A DNA stretch of 64,000 nt, from the NCBI GenBank assembly GCA_964584025.1, contig CAZOYE010000010.1:14515-78514 (forward strand), read 5' to 3'. Both the position numbers and the translations under genes were made by a program. Positions 1-9,254 of the stretch are shown here, one piece after another. This DNA is from an uncultured Ignavibacteria bacterium. Its GTDB lineage: Bacteria; Zixibacteria; MSB-5A5; CAIYYT01. The notes below the pieces were generated by a model, which saw only the letters and a list, made by a program, of their open reading frames with translations, made no database searches and had not been told where the DNA came from. Each line of letters starts with the position of its first letter. Position 1 is the first letter of the stretch.

Positions 1-1347
1 GAGTCTGAAGCCGGCGTGCGCCGCTATTGTTATGAAGATTCGAGCATGGGAATCGCCGGACTTTCCGGCAAGACCGGTCGGTCGCCTGCGAACATGAAGC
101 GCGCCTCGATCGCAGACTGGCTGCGGCGAAACAACCCGGAGAGCCGAACGATCGCAGTGGCGATCAAAGACCGCGCGGCGATTCCGATGGCCGGCTACTT
201 CGCAAATGGTGCGTACTGGTACAACGCCGACGATGGCCGCTACTACACCTCGTTGCATTACTCTTCGGTGTATCCCCCGTGGCTAACCGAGCTTCTCGAT
301 ACACGTCCGGCGGATGACTATTTCGTCGGAATCTGGGATCGATTCTTGGAGCCAGGGGACTACGAAGTTCAGGGCCCGGATTCAGTGACCGCAGAAGCGG
401 ACGGCGTTCACACGACGTTTCCCCACGATTTTAGTCCGGGGCCAAACGAAGAACCGAGAAGCTATTATGACAAGCTGCTTGACACCCCCTTCGGCGATCA
501 CCTGACATTGCGGGTAGCGCGACGGGCAGTCACCGGCGAAAACCTCGGCAGCGACGAAAATGTGGATCTGCTGATGATTGGTTGTTCGGCCGCGGACTAC
601 GTGGGGCATCGGTATGGTCCCGACAGCCACGAGGTGATGGACTACTATGTTCGTCTTGACCGCTACCTCGGCGAGTTTTTCGCCTTCCTCGATTCAACGG
701 TCGGTAGCAAATCGTATGTAGTGGCGTTAAGTTCCGATCATGGTGTAGCGAACTTCCCGGAGTTACTGCGCGCTCGCGGCGAAGATGCGGGGCGCATCCG
801 CCCAGACTCGTTTACCACCTTAGTGAACAAAGCCTGCAATGAAGCCGGCTCGCAACTCGGCCTGAAAAAGCCGGTGGTAAAGAAGATTCTGCGTGGCGTG
901 TACCTCGACTATGCTGAGGCTGCTGCGGCCGGGATTTCGCGCGAGCAGTTCCAGGCTGCAGTAGCGAACGAAATACGCAAAGTCTGGTTTGTCGCGGATG
1001 TGTTCACGGAAGCCGAGATGCAATCCGGTGCGTCGGACACCCGTGAGTATCTAGACCAATTTCGCAACAACTACTTCCCTGGTCGTAGCCCGGAGGTGGC
1101 GCTTCGGCTGCGAAAGAACTACTTCCTTGATGATTCCGACAACGGCACGACGCACGGCACGTGCTACCACTATGATTGCATCGTGCCGATGATCTTCTGG
1201 GGCGCCGGAATCAGCAGTGAGAACGACTCGACAGCGATTGAAGTTGTCGATCTGGCGCCGACGCTGGCCGAGCTTCTGGGAATCCCCTTGCCCGACGGGC
1301 TGGACGGCCACAGCCTGCTCGAGAGACTAAAGAAAATCGGCGAATAA
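1..1347 (+). CDS. Alkaline-phosphatase-superfamily nucleotide pyrophosphatase/phosphodiesterase (5' end outside window; frame open to nt 1)
   Basis: Motifs LLMIGCSAADYVGHRYGPDSHEV and YVVALSSDHGV are typical of type I phosphodiesterase/NPP metal-site regions. The frame has no stop between nt 1 and the first Met. Confidence 0.6.
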   Translation, partial: ESEAGVRRYCYEDSSMGIAGLSGKTGRSPANMKRASIADWLRRNNPESRTIAVAIKDRAAIPMAGYFANGAYWYNADDGRYYTSLHYSSVYPPWLTELLDTRPADDYFVGIWDRFLEPGDYEVQGPDSVTAEADGVHTTFPHDFSPGPNEEPRSYYDKLLDTPFGDHLTLRVARRAVTGENLGSDENVDLLMIGCSAADYVGHRYGPDSHEVMDYYVRLDRYLGEFFAFLDSTVGSKSYVVALSSDHGVANFPELLRARGEDAGRIRPDSFTTLVNKACNEAGSQLGLKKPVVKKILRGVYLDYAEAAAAGISREQFQAAVANEIRKVWFVADVFTEAEMQSGASDTREYLDQFRNNYFPGRSPEVALRLRKNYFLDDSDNGTTHGTCYHYDCIVPMIFWGAGISSENDSTAIEVVDLAPTLAELLGIPLPDGLDGHSLLERLKKIGE

Positions 1348-1475
1348 GATTCGTCGCGCCGTCCCTCAACAGCAATTCTGCCGAATTTTAATCTTGAGGA
1401 TTTCGCAGGCAGCCATTATAGTGGCCGAAATCAATTAGTACTTCCGGCTGAAGATCATGGCACCAAGGAGGTGGA

Positions 1476-3038
1476 ATGACGAGAGAGCGATGGGGCACCA
1501 AGATCGGTTTGATTCTTGCGGTTGCCGGTAACGCTGTCGGTCTCGGCAATTTCCTGCGATTTCCGGTACAGGCAGCCGAAAACGGCGGTGGCGCATTTAT
1601 GATCCCATACTTTGCGGCGCTGATTTTTCTCGGGATCCCGTTGATGTGGGTTGAGTGGGGGATGGGGCGTTTCGGCGGGCGCTTCGGCTACGGCAGCACA
1701 CCGGGGATGTTCCACGCGATGTGGCGGCATCCAATTTCGAAGTATCTCGGTGCGCTCGGTCTTTTCTTGTCAATCGGAACCCTGATATTCTACGCCTACA
1801 TCCAGTCTTGGACTCTCGGATTCAGTTTCTTCTCCTTAACCGGGGAGTATCTGCACGAGAACACGTTTGAGACGATGCGCAGCTTCTTGGGGAGTTACCA
1901 GGGCGTCACTGAGGGACACTTCTCGAGTATCCTCCCTGCCTACATCTTTCTCATCATTACCCTGGCGCTGAACCACTATGTACTGCAACGCGGGATTTCG
2001 AAAGGTATTGAAAAGCTCGCTCTATTCGCGATGCCGGCGCTGTTTCTGTTCGCTATCATTCTCCTGATCCGAGTAATCTTCCTGGGCACGCCTGACCCGG
2101 TGAATCATCCTGATTGGAGTGTGTCGTCCGGATTTGCTTTTATCTGGAACCCTGACCTCTCCCAACTCTCCTCTCCGAAAGTCTGGCTGGCGGCGGCAGG
2201 GCAAATATTCTTTACGCTATCGCTCGGGTCGGGGCTGATTCAGACTTACGCCAGCTACGTCCGCGAAAACGATGATATTGCCCTTGGCGGGTTGGCGACG
2301 TCCAGCTTGAACGAGTTCGCAGAGGTTGTGCTTGGTGGAAGCATCGCGATTCCGATTGCGGTGGCGTTCTTCGGCACGGTAACGACCCAGGAAATCGCCG
2401 CGCGCGGTTCGTTTGATCTGGGATTCGTCTCGATGCCGATCATTTTCAGCCAAATTCCCTTTGGACAGTTTTTCGGATTCCTCTGGTTCCTGTTGCTGTT
2501 CTTTGCGGCAATAACCTCATCAGTGGCGATGGGGCAACCCCTGTTGGCGTTCCTGAAAGAGGAATTCAATTGGAGCCACAAGAAGGCGACCTGGATGGTC
2601 ACGTTGATCGTGTTCGTGTGCATCCAGTTCATTGTCTTCTTTATGGCCAACGGTTTCCTCGACGAACTGGACTATTGGGTCGGGACGTTCGGACTGGCGG
2701 CCTTTGCCCTCCTGGAGACCATCGTCTTTGCGTGGATTTTCGGTATGGACAAGGGCTGGGAAGAGATCACGCGGGGAGCGGAAATCAAAGTGCCGCGGTT
2801 TTTCTACTACTGCATCAAGTACATAACGCCGGTATACCTGATCTTCATCTTCATCAATTGGCTGATTATTGATGCGCTGCCGATTCTCTTCCTGGAGGGT
2901 GTCAACGAGGGCGATCTCGTCGTCCGCTGGGGCGCGCGGATCATGATGCTGGTCTTGTTTGTGATATTGTCCTTGATGGTACGGTATGCCTGGCGGCATC
3001 GCGAGGACGGGAAACTTCATGCGGAGCGTGGAAAATGA
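1476..3038 (+). CDS. Sodium-dependent transporter, neurotransmitter:sodium symporter (NSS/SLC6) family
   Basis: N-terminal NSS signature WGTKIGLILAVAGNAVGLGNFLRFP. About 12 predicted TM segments. RBS AAGGAGG lies upstream of the ATG. Confidence 0.85.
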   Translation: MTRERWGTKIGLILAVAGNAVGLGNFLRFPVQAAENGGGAFMIPYFAALIFLGIPLMWVEWGMGRFGGRFGYGSTPGMFHAMWRHPISKYLGALGLFLSIGTLIFYAYIQSWTLGFSFFSLTGEYLHENTFETMRSFLGSYQGVTEGHFSSILPAYIFLIITLALNHYVLQRGISKGIEKLALFAMPALFLFAIILLIRVIFLGTPDPVNHPDWSVSSGFAFIWNPDLSQLSSPKVWLAAAGQIFFTLSLGSGLIQTYASYVRENDDIALGGLATSSLNEFAEVVLGGSIAIPIAVAFFGTVTTQEIAARGSFDLGFVSMPIIFSQIPFGQFFGFLWFLLLFFAAITSSVAMGQPLLAFLKEEFNWSHKKATWMVTLIVFVCIQFIVFFMANGFLDELDYWVGTFGLAAFALLETIVFAWIFGMDKGWEEITRGAEIKVPRFFYYCIKYITPVYLIFIFINWLIIDALPILFLEGVNEGDLVVRWGARIMMLVLFVILSLMVRYAWRHREDGKLHAERGK

Positions 3039-3151
3039 CAATTACAACAGGTGGCTACATTTTCTTGATTCTCGCCTGGGGATCGATCGTCGGACTGGCG
3101 GCGTATTGCATGCTCAAAGTCTTGAGAGGCGAAAAGGACAAACAGAAATAG
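3035..3151 (+). CDS. Small (38 aa) single-TM protein, ATGA-overlapping the NSS stop; putative NSS small subunit (MetS-like)
   Basis: ATG at 3035 overlaps the TGA at 3036-3038. Sequence is MTITTGGYIFLILAWGSIVGLAAYCMLKVLRGEKDKQK: a hydrophobic helix plus a basic tail. It is followed by a terminator. Confidence 0.4.
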   Translation: MTITTGGYIFLILAWGSIVGLAAYCMLKVLRGEKDKQK

Positions 3152-3173
3152 GCTATAGGAACGAAAAGCACAA

Positions 3174-3212
3174 AAGGCAGCAGAACCTGAACCTGCTGCC
3201 TTTTCTGTTTTC
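3174..3212. terminator. Bidirectional rho-independent terminator between the NSS operon and pilQ
   Basis: Stem GGCAGCAG / CTGCTGCC with loop aacctgaac, followed by TTTTCTGTTTT. It lies between convergent genes. Confidence 0.55.
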
Positions 3213-3232
3213 CGGTCTGTTGCTGCCAATGC

Positions 3233-4504
3233 TCAGGGATTGACAATCCGCGGAGTGATAAACACCGCCAGGTCGGTCTTTTCCGATTGCAGGGAACGGT
3301 GTTGAAAGATCTTCCCCAGAAACGGGATATCACCCAGAAGCGGCAATTTCTTGATCCTCTCGAAGTTCGTGTCCTTGAGTAACCCGCCGATGACCAGCGT
3401 CTCGCCCTGCTTGACGCGCACGCTGGTTGTCAACGTCCGTTTCGAGGTAATCGGCCGCTGATTGTCGACAGGACCGGTGTAGCCGGTGATTTCCTCGATC
3501 TCCGGGTTGACGTCGAGGATGATATAGTTCGAGTCCGCAACGCGACCGGTGACACGCAGCGTGATTCCAACGTCCAAGTCCTGAAACGAAACGATATCCT
3601 GAATGACCGAGCCCTCGGTAAAGCGGTTGAGTGTCTGAATTGGAATTGTCGTCGTGACACCGATCTCTGCCGGCCGATTGGCGACGGTGGTCAGATTCGG
3701 GTCGGAGAGCAGGCGGGAGTTGCCGGACTTGAGCATGAAGTCAAGCGCGGCCTCGACGCTCGCTGCCGAAAACGTTCCCCAAGTTGCTTTGGCATCGAGA
3801 TCGTCAAGCGGAAAAGTCATCAACGGAACAGTATTCCCTTCCGCATCGGCGACGCCACCGGCAACCAGATTGATTGTTTCCGGCCAGTTGACGCCGATCT
3901 TGCTTTCGTCGGTAATGTTCGACTCGACGAGTTTGACGGAGATGTTCAACTGCGGTTGGGCCTGGTCAAGTTCCGCAAGAAGTCTTGACGCTGCCTCGAC
4001 GACATCACCGCGATCAGAGAGCGCCAGGATACTGGGCACGGCGCGTTTGCGCACCGGGTCTTCGCTCTCGACGAGAATTTCGATCTTGCCTGCCGGCGAC
4101 AGCAACGGCGTCAAAGCCAGCCGCGCTTCCTCAGGGGAAGTGTGGCGGAGGTTGAATAGCCTGGTCACGCGTTCGTCGATCGCCAGTGTACCCGCCGGTT
4201 TGACGACCATCAGGTTTTCTTTCATGTACCAGGACAGGTTGTTCGGGAGCAGGATGGCGTCGAGCGCTTCGTGCAGCGGCACGTTGGTCAGCGTCATCGA
4301 GACTTCGCCGGTCACTTCCCCGGCGATCGCGACATTAAACGCATTCTGCCGCGCCAGGAGACGAATCACGGACTCGACTTCGGAGCGATCGAGCGTTAAT
4401 GAGACCGGCTTCTGCAGGAAGGCGCGATCGCCGGCTACGGCCGGCGCGAGCGCGATCATTCCCAGGAGGCCGCTGACGACAAAACTAATCAGTTTCATTC
4501 TCAT
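3233..4504 (-). CDS. pilQ: Type IV pilus secretin PilQ
   Basis: Signal peptide. C-terminal secretin motif VIGGLLKDTNFERIKKLPLLGDIPFLGKIFQHRS...AVFITPRIV. Last gene of the pilus cluster. Confidence 0.85.
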   Translation of the reverse strand: MRMKLISFVVSGLLGMIALAPAVAGDRAFLQKPVSLTLDRSEVESVIRLLARQNAFNVAIAGEVTGEVSMTLTNVPLHEALDAILLPNNLSWYMKENLMVVKPAGTLAIDERVTRLFNLRHTSPEEARLALTPLLSPAGKIEILVESEDPVRKRAVPSILALSDRGDVVEAASRLLAELDQAQPQLNISVKLVESNITDESKIGVNWPETINLVAGGVADAEGNTVPLMTFPLDDLDAKATWGTFSAASVEAALDFMLKSGNSRLLSDPNLTTVANRPAEIGVTTTIPIQTLNRFTEGSVIQDIVSFQDLDVGITLRVTGRVADSNYIILDVNPEIEEITGYTGPVDNQRPITSKRTLTTSVRVKQGETLVIGGLLKDTNFERIKKLPLLGDIPFLGKIFQHRSLQSEKTDLAVFITPRIVNP

Positions 4505-4512
4505 ATCCTTAA

Positions 4513-4950
4513 CTATTCACCAAGATTCAGGACCAATTGCCGCCCACCGGATTCGACCATCGCGCTGCGTTTGCTCAACGATACGACTGTCCAGCCGTCG
4601 ACAACGTCGCCACGGGCAACGGCGTGGCCGTTGATTATCGCCATGACGATTCCATCGGCTTCTGAGACGGCGGTCAGGCGCAATCCCACTCGTTGTTCCG
4701 GTTCATCGGGAGCAACGGTAGCGGCGCCGTACGCAAACGGATCGCGCCCCCAGTCGTCGTTATGGGCCTCGGCTATGGCGGATTCGCTTGGCGCCGCCGG
4801 TAGGGGCACCAGAGGTTCGATTGTCGGAACAGTGACGGCAGCCTCGTTGGCGCTGCGTGTGCGGGGCACCAGGTTGACGACGCCATAGATGATGGCCGCC
4901 ACGAAGACGAGATAGACGATTCGCTTACGCGTTTTTTCTTCGAACTTCAT
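4513..4950 (-). CDS. PilP-like pilus assembly lipoprotein/inner-membrane protein (start trimmed to the internal Met MKFEEK...)
   Basis: Single N-terminal TM (IVYLVFVAAIIYGVVNL). Position between pilO and pilQ. Start at 4950 gives a 4-nt ATGA overlap with the pilO stop. Confidence 0.45.
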   Translation of the reverse strand: MKFEEKTRKRIVYLVFVAAIIYGVVNLVPRTRSANEAAVTVPTIEPLVPLPAAPSESAIAEAHNDDWGRDPFAYGAATVAPDEPEQRVGLRLTAVSEADGIVMAIINGHAVARGDVVDGWTVVSLSKRSAMVESGGRQLVLNLGE

Positions 4951-5513
4951 TCGGCTCCCCTCAGGTACGCCAAGAACTGGATCTGACAAAGCACGTCCGG
5001 GTTGGTACCGTCGTTGTGCGAGATACTGAGGTTGGAGATGCGCGAGAAGTAGCGCTGACTTTCCAATAACTCGATAAAGCGTCCGATCTCGAGAAAACCG
5101 GCCTGAGCCTCGATGGCAAAGCGGAGCGGTCGCAAGCGGACATTTTCCAGATTGACAGTGGAGGCAGAAAGGAGTTCCTCGATAACCGGCGCCACGTGGG
5201 CGTGCGTGAAACCGAGCGCTGCCATCTCATGGCCAAGTTGATCGACGAAAGTCTCAAGCGAGTCGGCGGAAGCGAACTCCAGAAAAGTCGCGCGGCGTTC
5301 TGCCTGAAGAGTAGAGTCGCGATCCCCGGTGTTATTGGCCCGCAAGAGAAATGCCTGCTCGGCATTGAGCTCTTGTTCGAGGGCCTCCAGTTGCACCCGC
5401 GCGTGTTCGATACGGGAACGAATCGGGAAAACCTCGATGTAGGCCAGCAGCGCCGTGAGCGCAAGACAGACCGCGATGAAAATCAGGACGCGGCTGCGAC
5501 GGTAGTTCTTCAT
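4947..5513 (-). CDS. pilO: PilO-like type IV pilus assembly protein
   Basis: N-terminal TM (VLIFIAVCLALTALLAYI) followed by a coiled coil. Gene order is pilMN-pilO-pilP-pilQ. Confidence 0.5.
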   Translation of the reverse strand: MKNYRRSRVLIFIAVCLALTALLAYIEVFPIRSRIEHARVQLEALEQELNAEQAFLLRANNTGDRDSTLQAERRATFLEFASADSLETFVDQLGHEMAALGFTHAHVAPVIEELLSASTVNLENVRLRPLRFAIEAQAGFLEIGRFIELLESQRYFSRISNLSISHNDGTNPDVLCQIQFLAYLRGAE

Positions 5514-7117
5514 TCGGCCACCTCCATTGAGACCGTGAAGTGCAGTCGCCGGCCGGCATCGCTGATGCCGACATACTGATTTCGCAGCAGTACCTGCGTC
5601 AAGTGCGGCCGCGCAGAGAGGGATTTGATATAGCGCGCCAATTGAATCTCGGGATAGGCAGTCGCATCACTGACGAACCCGGTGAGCGAAACGGCGGCGC
5701 GCCGCGCACCGTCCTCGCCCGTGATCGCCTGGACCTGCAGGTCGCTGAGATAGACCGCGGCGGGCGTGAGTTGGCTCAGGACTTTAAGCAGCCGGGCCAC
5801 TGACCAATCATCGCGATTCAGCGCCGAATACTGGGACAACCAGTGCTCGCTTTGCACGACCATATATTGAAGATCCTGATAGGCTGACGAGCCGCGAACG
5901 GCCTGGAGGTTTTGTTCCATGCCGGCTGCCGACTCGGTCAGCGTACTCAAGCGCGTGCGTTGCGCAATCACGGCGGCAACGACAACCAATAAGATGAGCG
6001 CTGTACACGCTGCAGCAACGCTGAGGATCTTGCGCTCGCGTCGGCCGCGACGATACGCCGCGGGAGTCAGGTCGAGGCCGGTGTGCTTCCGGCAGTAGAC
6101 TCGCTCCGCCGGAGCGAACAACTGCGGGGCGGATTCGTCAGACGGACCCGGCTCGCAGATCGGGTCAACGCCTACACCAAGAGCCGCAACCAGAGCCTCC
6201 TGGACAGAGGCGCAGATCTGCGGGGGCACGGACAAATAGATGCGTTCGATGATGCGCTGCGAGAACCGGCCATAGTAGTAATCCAGTTCTTCGGCAACGA
6301 GACCGGCCAGTGCTTCCACGTTGACGCTGACATAGCTGTGCGGGTCGCGATCGTAGGACTCAGCCTGCTGGAGAAAATTGAGGGAAGCGTCGAAGTCGTC
6401 GCCGGTCACAGCGGCATCCAGGTGAGATTCGCGGGTAAATTCCAGACTGCCGTTATTGAAGCACAATACGGTCAGCCGTTGGCCAAAGTAGCGGACCACG
6501 GCAACCGCCTTGTCGCGCGGCAGGTTACTTTGCTTCATCTGCGCGAGAAGGAACGGCTCCCAGATCAGCGGCGTCAGGGAGATACCGTCCAACACGAAAC
6601 GCTCGGTCAAGACGTTGCAGATCGGTTCGATACGCTGCGGCGGGATAGCCACCGCCTGGATCTGGTGCTTGCGCACTCCGCCCCACTCCAGAGTGTTGAT
6701 GACGCGCCAGGCAAACCAGTTGGGATCCGGGAGAAACGGGAAGATCTTGGTGGCCTCCCAATGTACCACCTGCCCCAATTCGTTGGACGGGACCGCCGGA
6801 ACAAAGAAGCTGCGCAGCACGGCTTCCGAAACCGAGAGCTGCAGGAAGACCCGGCACTGATCCCGGGTGATGATTGCCAAGTCTGTGAGGTACCGCTGGG
6901 CAACGGCGGGGTCACGCAATTGGCTGTCCAGAATGACGCCGCACCCGCGCAGTTTTGACTTCGTCAGTTCTCCGCCGCGCGCCGACCAGACCAAAAAGTC
7001 GTCGCCAAGTTCAAGACTGAGAAAGCGCGCCTGGCTAAGCACGGCAGCGCCGGCGGTCTCCGAGCGCGGCGGCGTGGGTTCGATCTCTGGTTTAGGCAGT
7101 GTCGTTGCAGAGTTCAT
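5510..7117 (-). CDS. Fused PilM (actin-like ATPase fold)-PilN type IV pilus assembly protein
   Basis: 535 aa. The N-terminal ~360 aa are cytoplasmic and PilM-like, then a TM (ILSVAAACTALILLVVVAAVIA) and a PilN-like periplasmic tail. Sits immediately upstream of pilO. Confidence 0.5.
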   Translation of the reverse strand: MNSATTLPKPEIEPTPPRSETAGAAVLSQARFLSLELGDDFLVWSARGGELTKSKLRGCGVILDSQLRDPAVAQRYLTDLAIITRDQCRVFLQLSVSEAVLRSFFVPAVPSNELGQVVHWEATKIFPFLPDPNWFAWRVINTLEWGGVRKHQIQAVAIPPQRIEPICNVLTERFVLDGISLTPLIWEPFLLAQMKQSNLPRDKAVAVVRYFGQRLTVLCFNNGSLEFTRESHLDAAVTGDDFDASLNFLQQAESYDRDPHSYVSVNVEALAGLVAEELDYYYGRFSQRIIERIYLSVPPQICASVQEALVAALGVGVDPICEPGPSDESAPQLFAPAERVYCRKHTGLDLTPAAYRRGRRERKILSVAAACTALILLVVVAAVIAQRTRLSTLTESAAGMEQNLQAVRGSSAYQDLQYMVVQSEHWLSQYSALNRDDWSVARLLKVLSQLTPAAVYLSDLQVQAITGEDGARRAAVSLTGFVSDATAYPEIQLARYIKSLSARPHLTQVLLRNQYVGISDAGRRLHFTVSMEVAE

Positions 7118-7129
7118 TCGTTCATTCCG

Positions 7130-8284
7130 TCAAGGTGTCGTGAAGTTGATCGTCGTGCCGTCAGAGAAAGTGACTGTGAATGCCGTGGCGGTCATGTTGA
7201 CTCGGGAGCCGCCCGAAACGGTGGCGCGGAAGTCCTCGACGCTCACACGGAGTGTTTGACCCGGAAAAATCATCTTGCTTGCGGTGAACGCTGTAACCGC
7301 ACCGCTGCCGGGACGCGGGTTATTGCGGTTGAAGACGGTCGTACCATCCCAGCGAACGTAGCGATAGTACGCGGTCTTGGCATAAGTGAGACTGATGGTG
7401 CTGATGGTCGCCGCGGCGGCGCCGGTATTGGCGATATCGAAGCGGATACTCGACTGGTTGTTCCCAAAAGTCTGCACGCTTCCGGTCACATAGCTGACAG
7501 CGGCACCGCCTCCGCCGCCACCCCCGCCACCTCCGGTTGCGGCAAATAGGGCACCCGGTAACCGCAGTGCCGTGTTGATCGTTGAATTGGGCGTGACGGA
7601 GACCAACGACTGAACCGTGTCGTTGGTCGATGAATAGATGGCACGAATGGTGTGGTTCCCGATCGGGACACAGCTATTAAACGTAAATGCTCCGGCGGAA
7701 CTGGGGTGCAACGTCGAGTCGCGGTAGCTGCCAGTGCCATTCGGGTAGCGCAAGACCACATTGACCTTGCTGGCCGAGTCGCCGGGGGGATTGCCGGCGG
7801 CATCGGTGATAATGCCGGTGACGCTATTGGCCGTTAGATCGGTCGCTGCGACGGCAATAATGCGGGTCAGCGTGTCTTCACCGCCTGTGGACACAAGCGT
7901 GTTTGATCCGGTGTAGGTGTAGACGGCGCCCCAGGCGTCGCGCTTGTAGTCGTCGGAGAAATTGCCAAAGTCAGACGCGATATACGGTCCGCGCCACGTG
8001 GCGTAGCCCGGACTCGTTACCAGAGCATCGAGGGTTGGAGGCAAGCTGCCGACATCGCCGACATAGCCGAAATCGGTTCGGACGCCATTGGAATAGAGAT
8101 TGGGGTTACCGGCAATGGCGGCAACAAGCTGGTTGAGTTCATTGCGTGTCTCTTCGACTCGCGCCGATTCAAGACCGGAATCGAGCGATTTCATCGCCAC
8201 GGCGGTTATGATGCCGAGGATGATAATCACCATCACCACCTCGACGAGCGTGAAACCCGCTTCCTTGTTCTTCAGCGACTGCAT
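7130..8284 (-). CDS. Large pilin/pseudopilin-like protein: prepilin N-terminus, GspG-like globular part, Gly10 linker, ~180-aa C-terminal extension
   Basis: MQSLKNKEAG|FTLVEVVMVIIILGIITAVAM class-III signal. WRGPYIASDF...AWGAVYTY resembles the GspG WGxPY motif. Ten consecutive Gly are encoded around 7505-7540. Start chosen at the internal ATG 8284 (the track's 8356 start overlaps the next gene). Confidence 0.6.
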   Translation of the reverse strand: MQSLKNKEAGFTLVEVVMVIIILGIITAVAMKSLDSGLESARVEETRNELNQLVAAIAGNPNLYSNGVRTDFGYVGDVGSLPPTLDALVTSPGYATWRGPYIASDFGNFSDDYKRDAWGAVYTYTGSNTLVSTGGEDTLTRIIAVAATDLTANSVTGIITDAAGNPPGDSASKVNVVLRYPNGTGSYRDSTLHPSSAGAFTFNSCVPIGNHTIRAIYSSTNDTVQSLVSVTPNSTINTALRLPGALFAATGGGGGGGGGGAAVSYVTGSVQTFGNNQSSIRFDIANTGAAAATISTISLTYAKTAYYRYVRWDGTTVFNRNNPRPGSGAVTAFTASKMIFPGQTLRVSVEDFRATVSGGSRVNMTATAFTVTFSDGTTINFTTP

Positions 8285-8285
8285 A

Positions 8286-8741
8286 CTAAAACGCCACCGT
8301 GATCGAAGTGCCGCTACCCGAGGACGTAATCGTTCGCGCCACGGGGTCAAGCGCATAGGCGGCTCCCCAGGGATCGATGAGGTAATCGCCGCCGGTGGAG
8401 TCGACGTAAGGGCCGTTCCAACCGAGTCGCGAGATCGGATTGTAAGCCGGGACTGCGGCGGGTTTGCGCACGAGTTCGGTCAGCGCCGTCGGCACTTGCC
8501 CGACGTCGCCCAGGAAGCCCACATCCGTATAGCGGCCTCCGGCAGTGACTTGCGGATTGCCGACAATGGCCCGTTTGAGAGTCTGCAGTTCGGCTTCGCA
8601 CGCCTCAATCTTGGCGGACTGCAAGAAGTCGGAATACTTGACGAGAGCGACCGTCGAGATAATCCCGAGAACGACAATAATGATGACGAGTTCGATGAGC
8701 GTGAAGCCGGACCGCGACAGTAGTGGCAGCGGCTTGGTCAT
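8286..8741 (-). CDS. Type IV pilin / GspG-like pseudopilin
   Basis: SRSG|FTLIELVIIIVVLGIISTVALV prepilin cleavage/methylation motif. Also has GWNGPYV...DPWGAAYAL. Confidence 0.7.
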   Translation of the reverse strand: MTKPLPLLSRSGFTLIELVIIIVVLGIISTVALVKYSDFLQSAKIEACEAELQTLKRAIVGNPQVTAGGRYTDVGFLGDVGQVPTALTELVRKPAAVPAYNPISRLGWNGPYVDSTGGDYLIDPWGAAYALDPVARTITSSGSGTSITVAF

Positions 8742-8747
8742 TGACGC

Positions 8748-9182
8748 TTACCAGCTATTCTCGCCGACCGTGTTCGTATTCGCCCAGACCTCTCCGGTCG
8801 TGGGATTGTAGGCCCAGCCGCCGCGCGTGCCGACGGTCACGCCCTTGGTCACGCCGGTGACGACCGAATCGGGGGCGCGCGAAGCGTCCTGGTACGGATT
8901 CGGCGGCAGCGACTGCATCATCACCGTGCCGATGCGCCGCAGGCTATCGATCGGCGGCCAGTTGGCCGTACCGGTCTTGACGGCGGTGTTGGCGTAATAA
9001 ATGGAGACGCCGCTCCGCAGACTGGAGAGAGAACCCTTCGCCGCGGCCGCTTTGGCTTCGGCAGAGATGTCTTGATACTTCGGAATCGCCACCGCAGCCA
9101 AGATCCCCAAGACCACGATGATGATCACCAATTCGATCAGAGTAAAACCTGAACGATCATTGAGACGAGTGGGCATGTGCAA
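8748..9182 (-). CDS. pilA: Type IV major pilin (PilA-like)
   Basis: DRSG|FTLIELVIIIVVLGILAAVAIPKY. 144 aa. RBS AGGAGG upstream. Immediately downstream of pilC. Confidence 0.7.
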   Translation of the reverse strand: MHMPTRLNDRSGFTLIELVIIIVVLGILAAVAIPKYQDISAEAKAAAAKGSLSSLRSGVSIYYANTAVKTGTANWPPIDSLRRIGTVMMQSLPPNPYQDASRAPDSVVTGVTKGVTVGTRGGWAYNPTTGEVWANTNTVGENSW

Positions 9183-9254
9183 ACCTCCTGGTAATAGTTC
9201 ACCGCGCCCCGCTGGTTACGTTGATATTTTCGACCAATTTTGGACTGAGTTAAG

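Noticed and set aside
3654-4634. 326-aa plus-strand ORF
   Set aside because: It is antisense to pilQ and has Ser/Arg-rich low-complexity translation.
6083-6958. 291-aa plus-strand ORF
   Set aside because: It is antisense to the pilMN gene and has no motifs.
7505-7540. Poly-Gly coding tract as a slippage-prone homopolymer
   Set aside because: The ten Gly codons use mixed GGN codons (reverse complement gcc/tcc/acc/ccc), so there is no long mononucleotide run. Phase variation by slippage is unlikely there.
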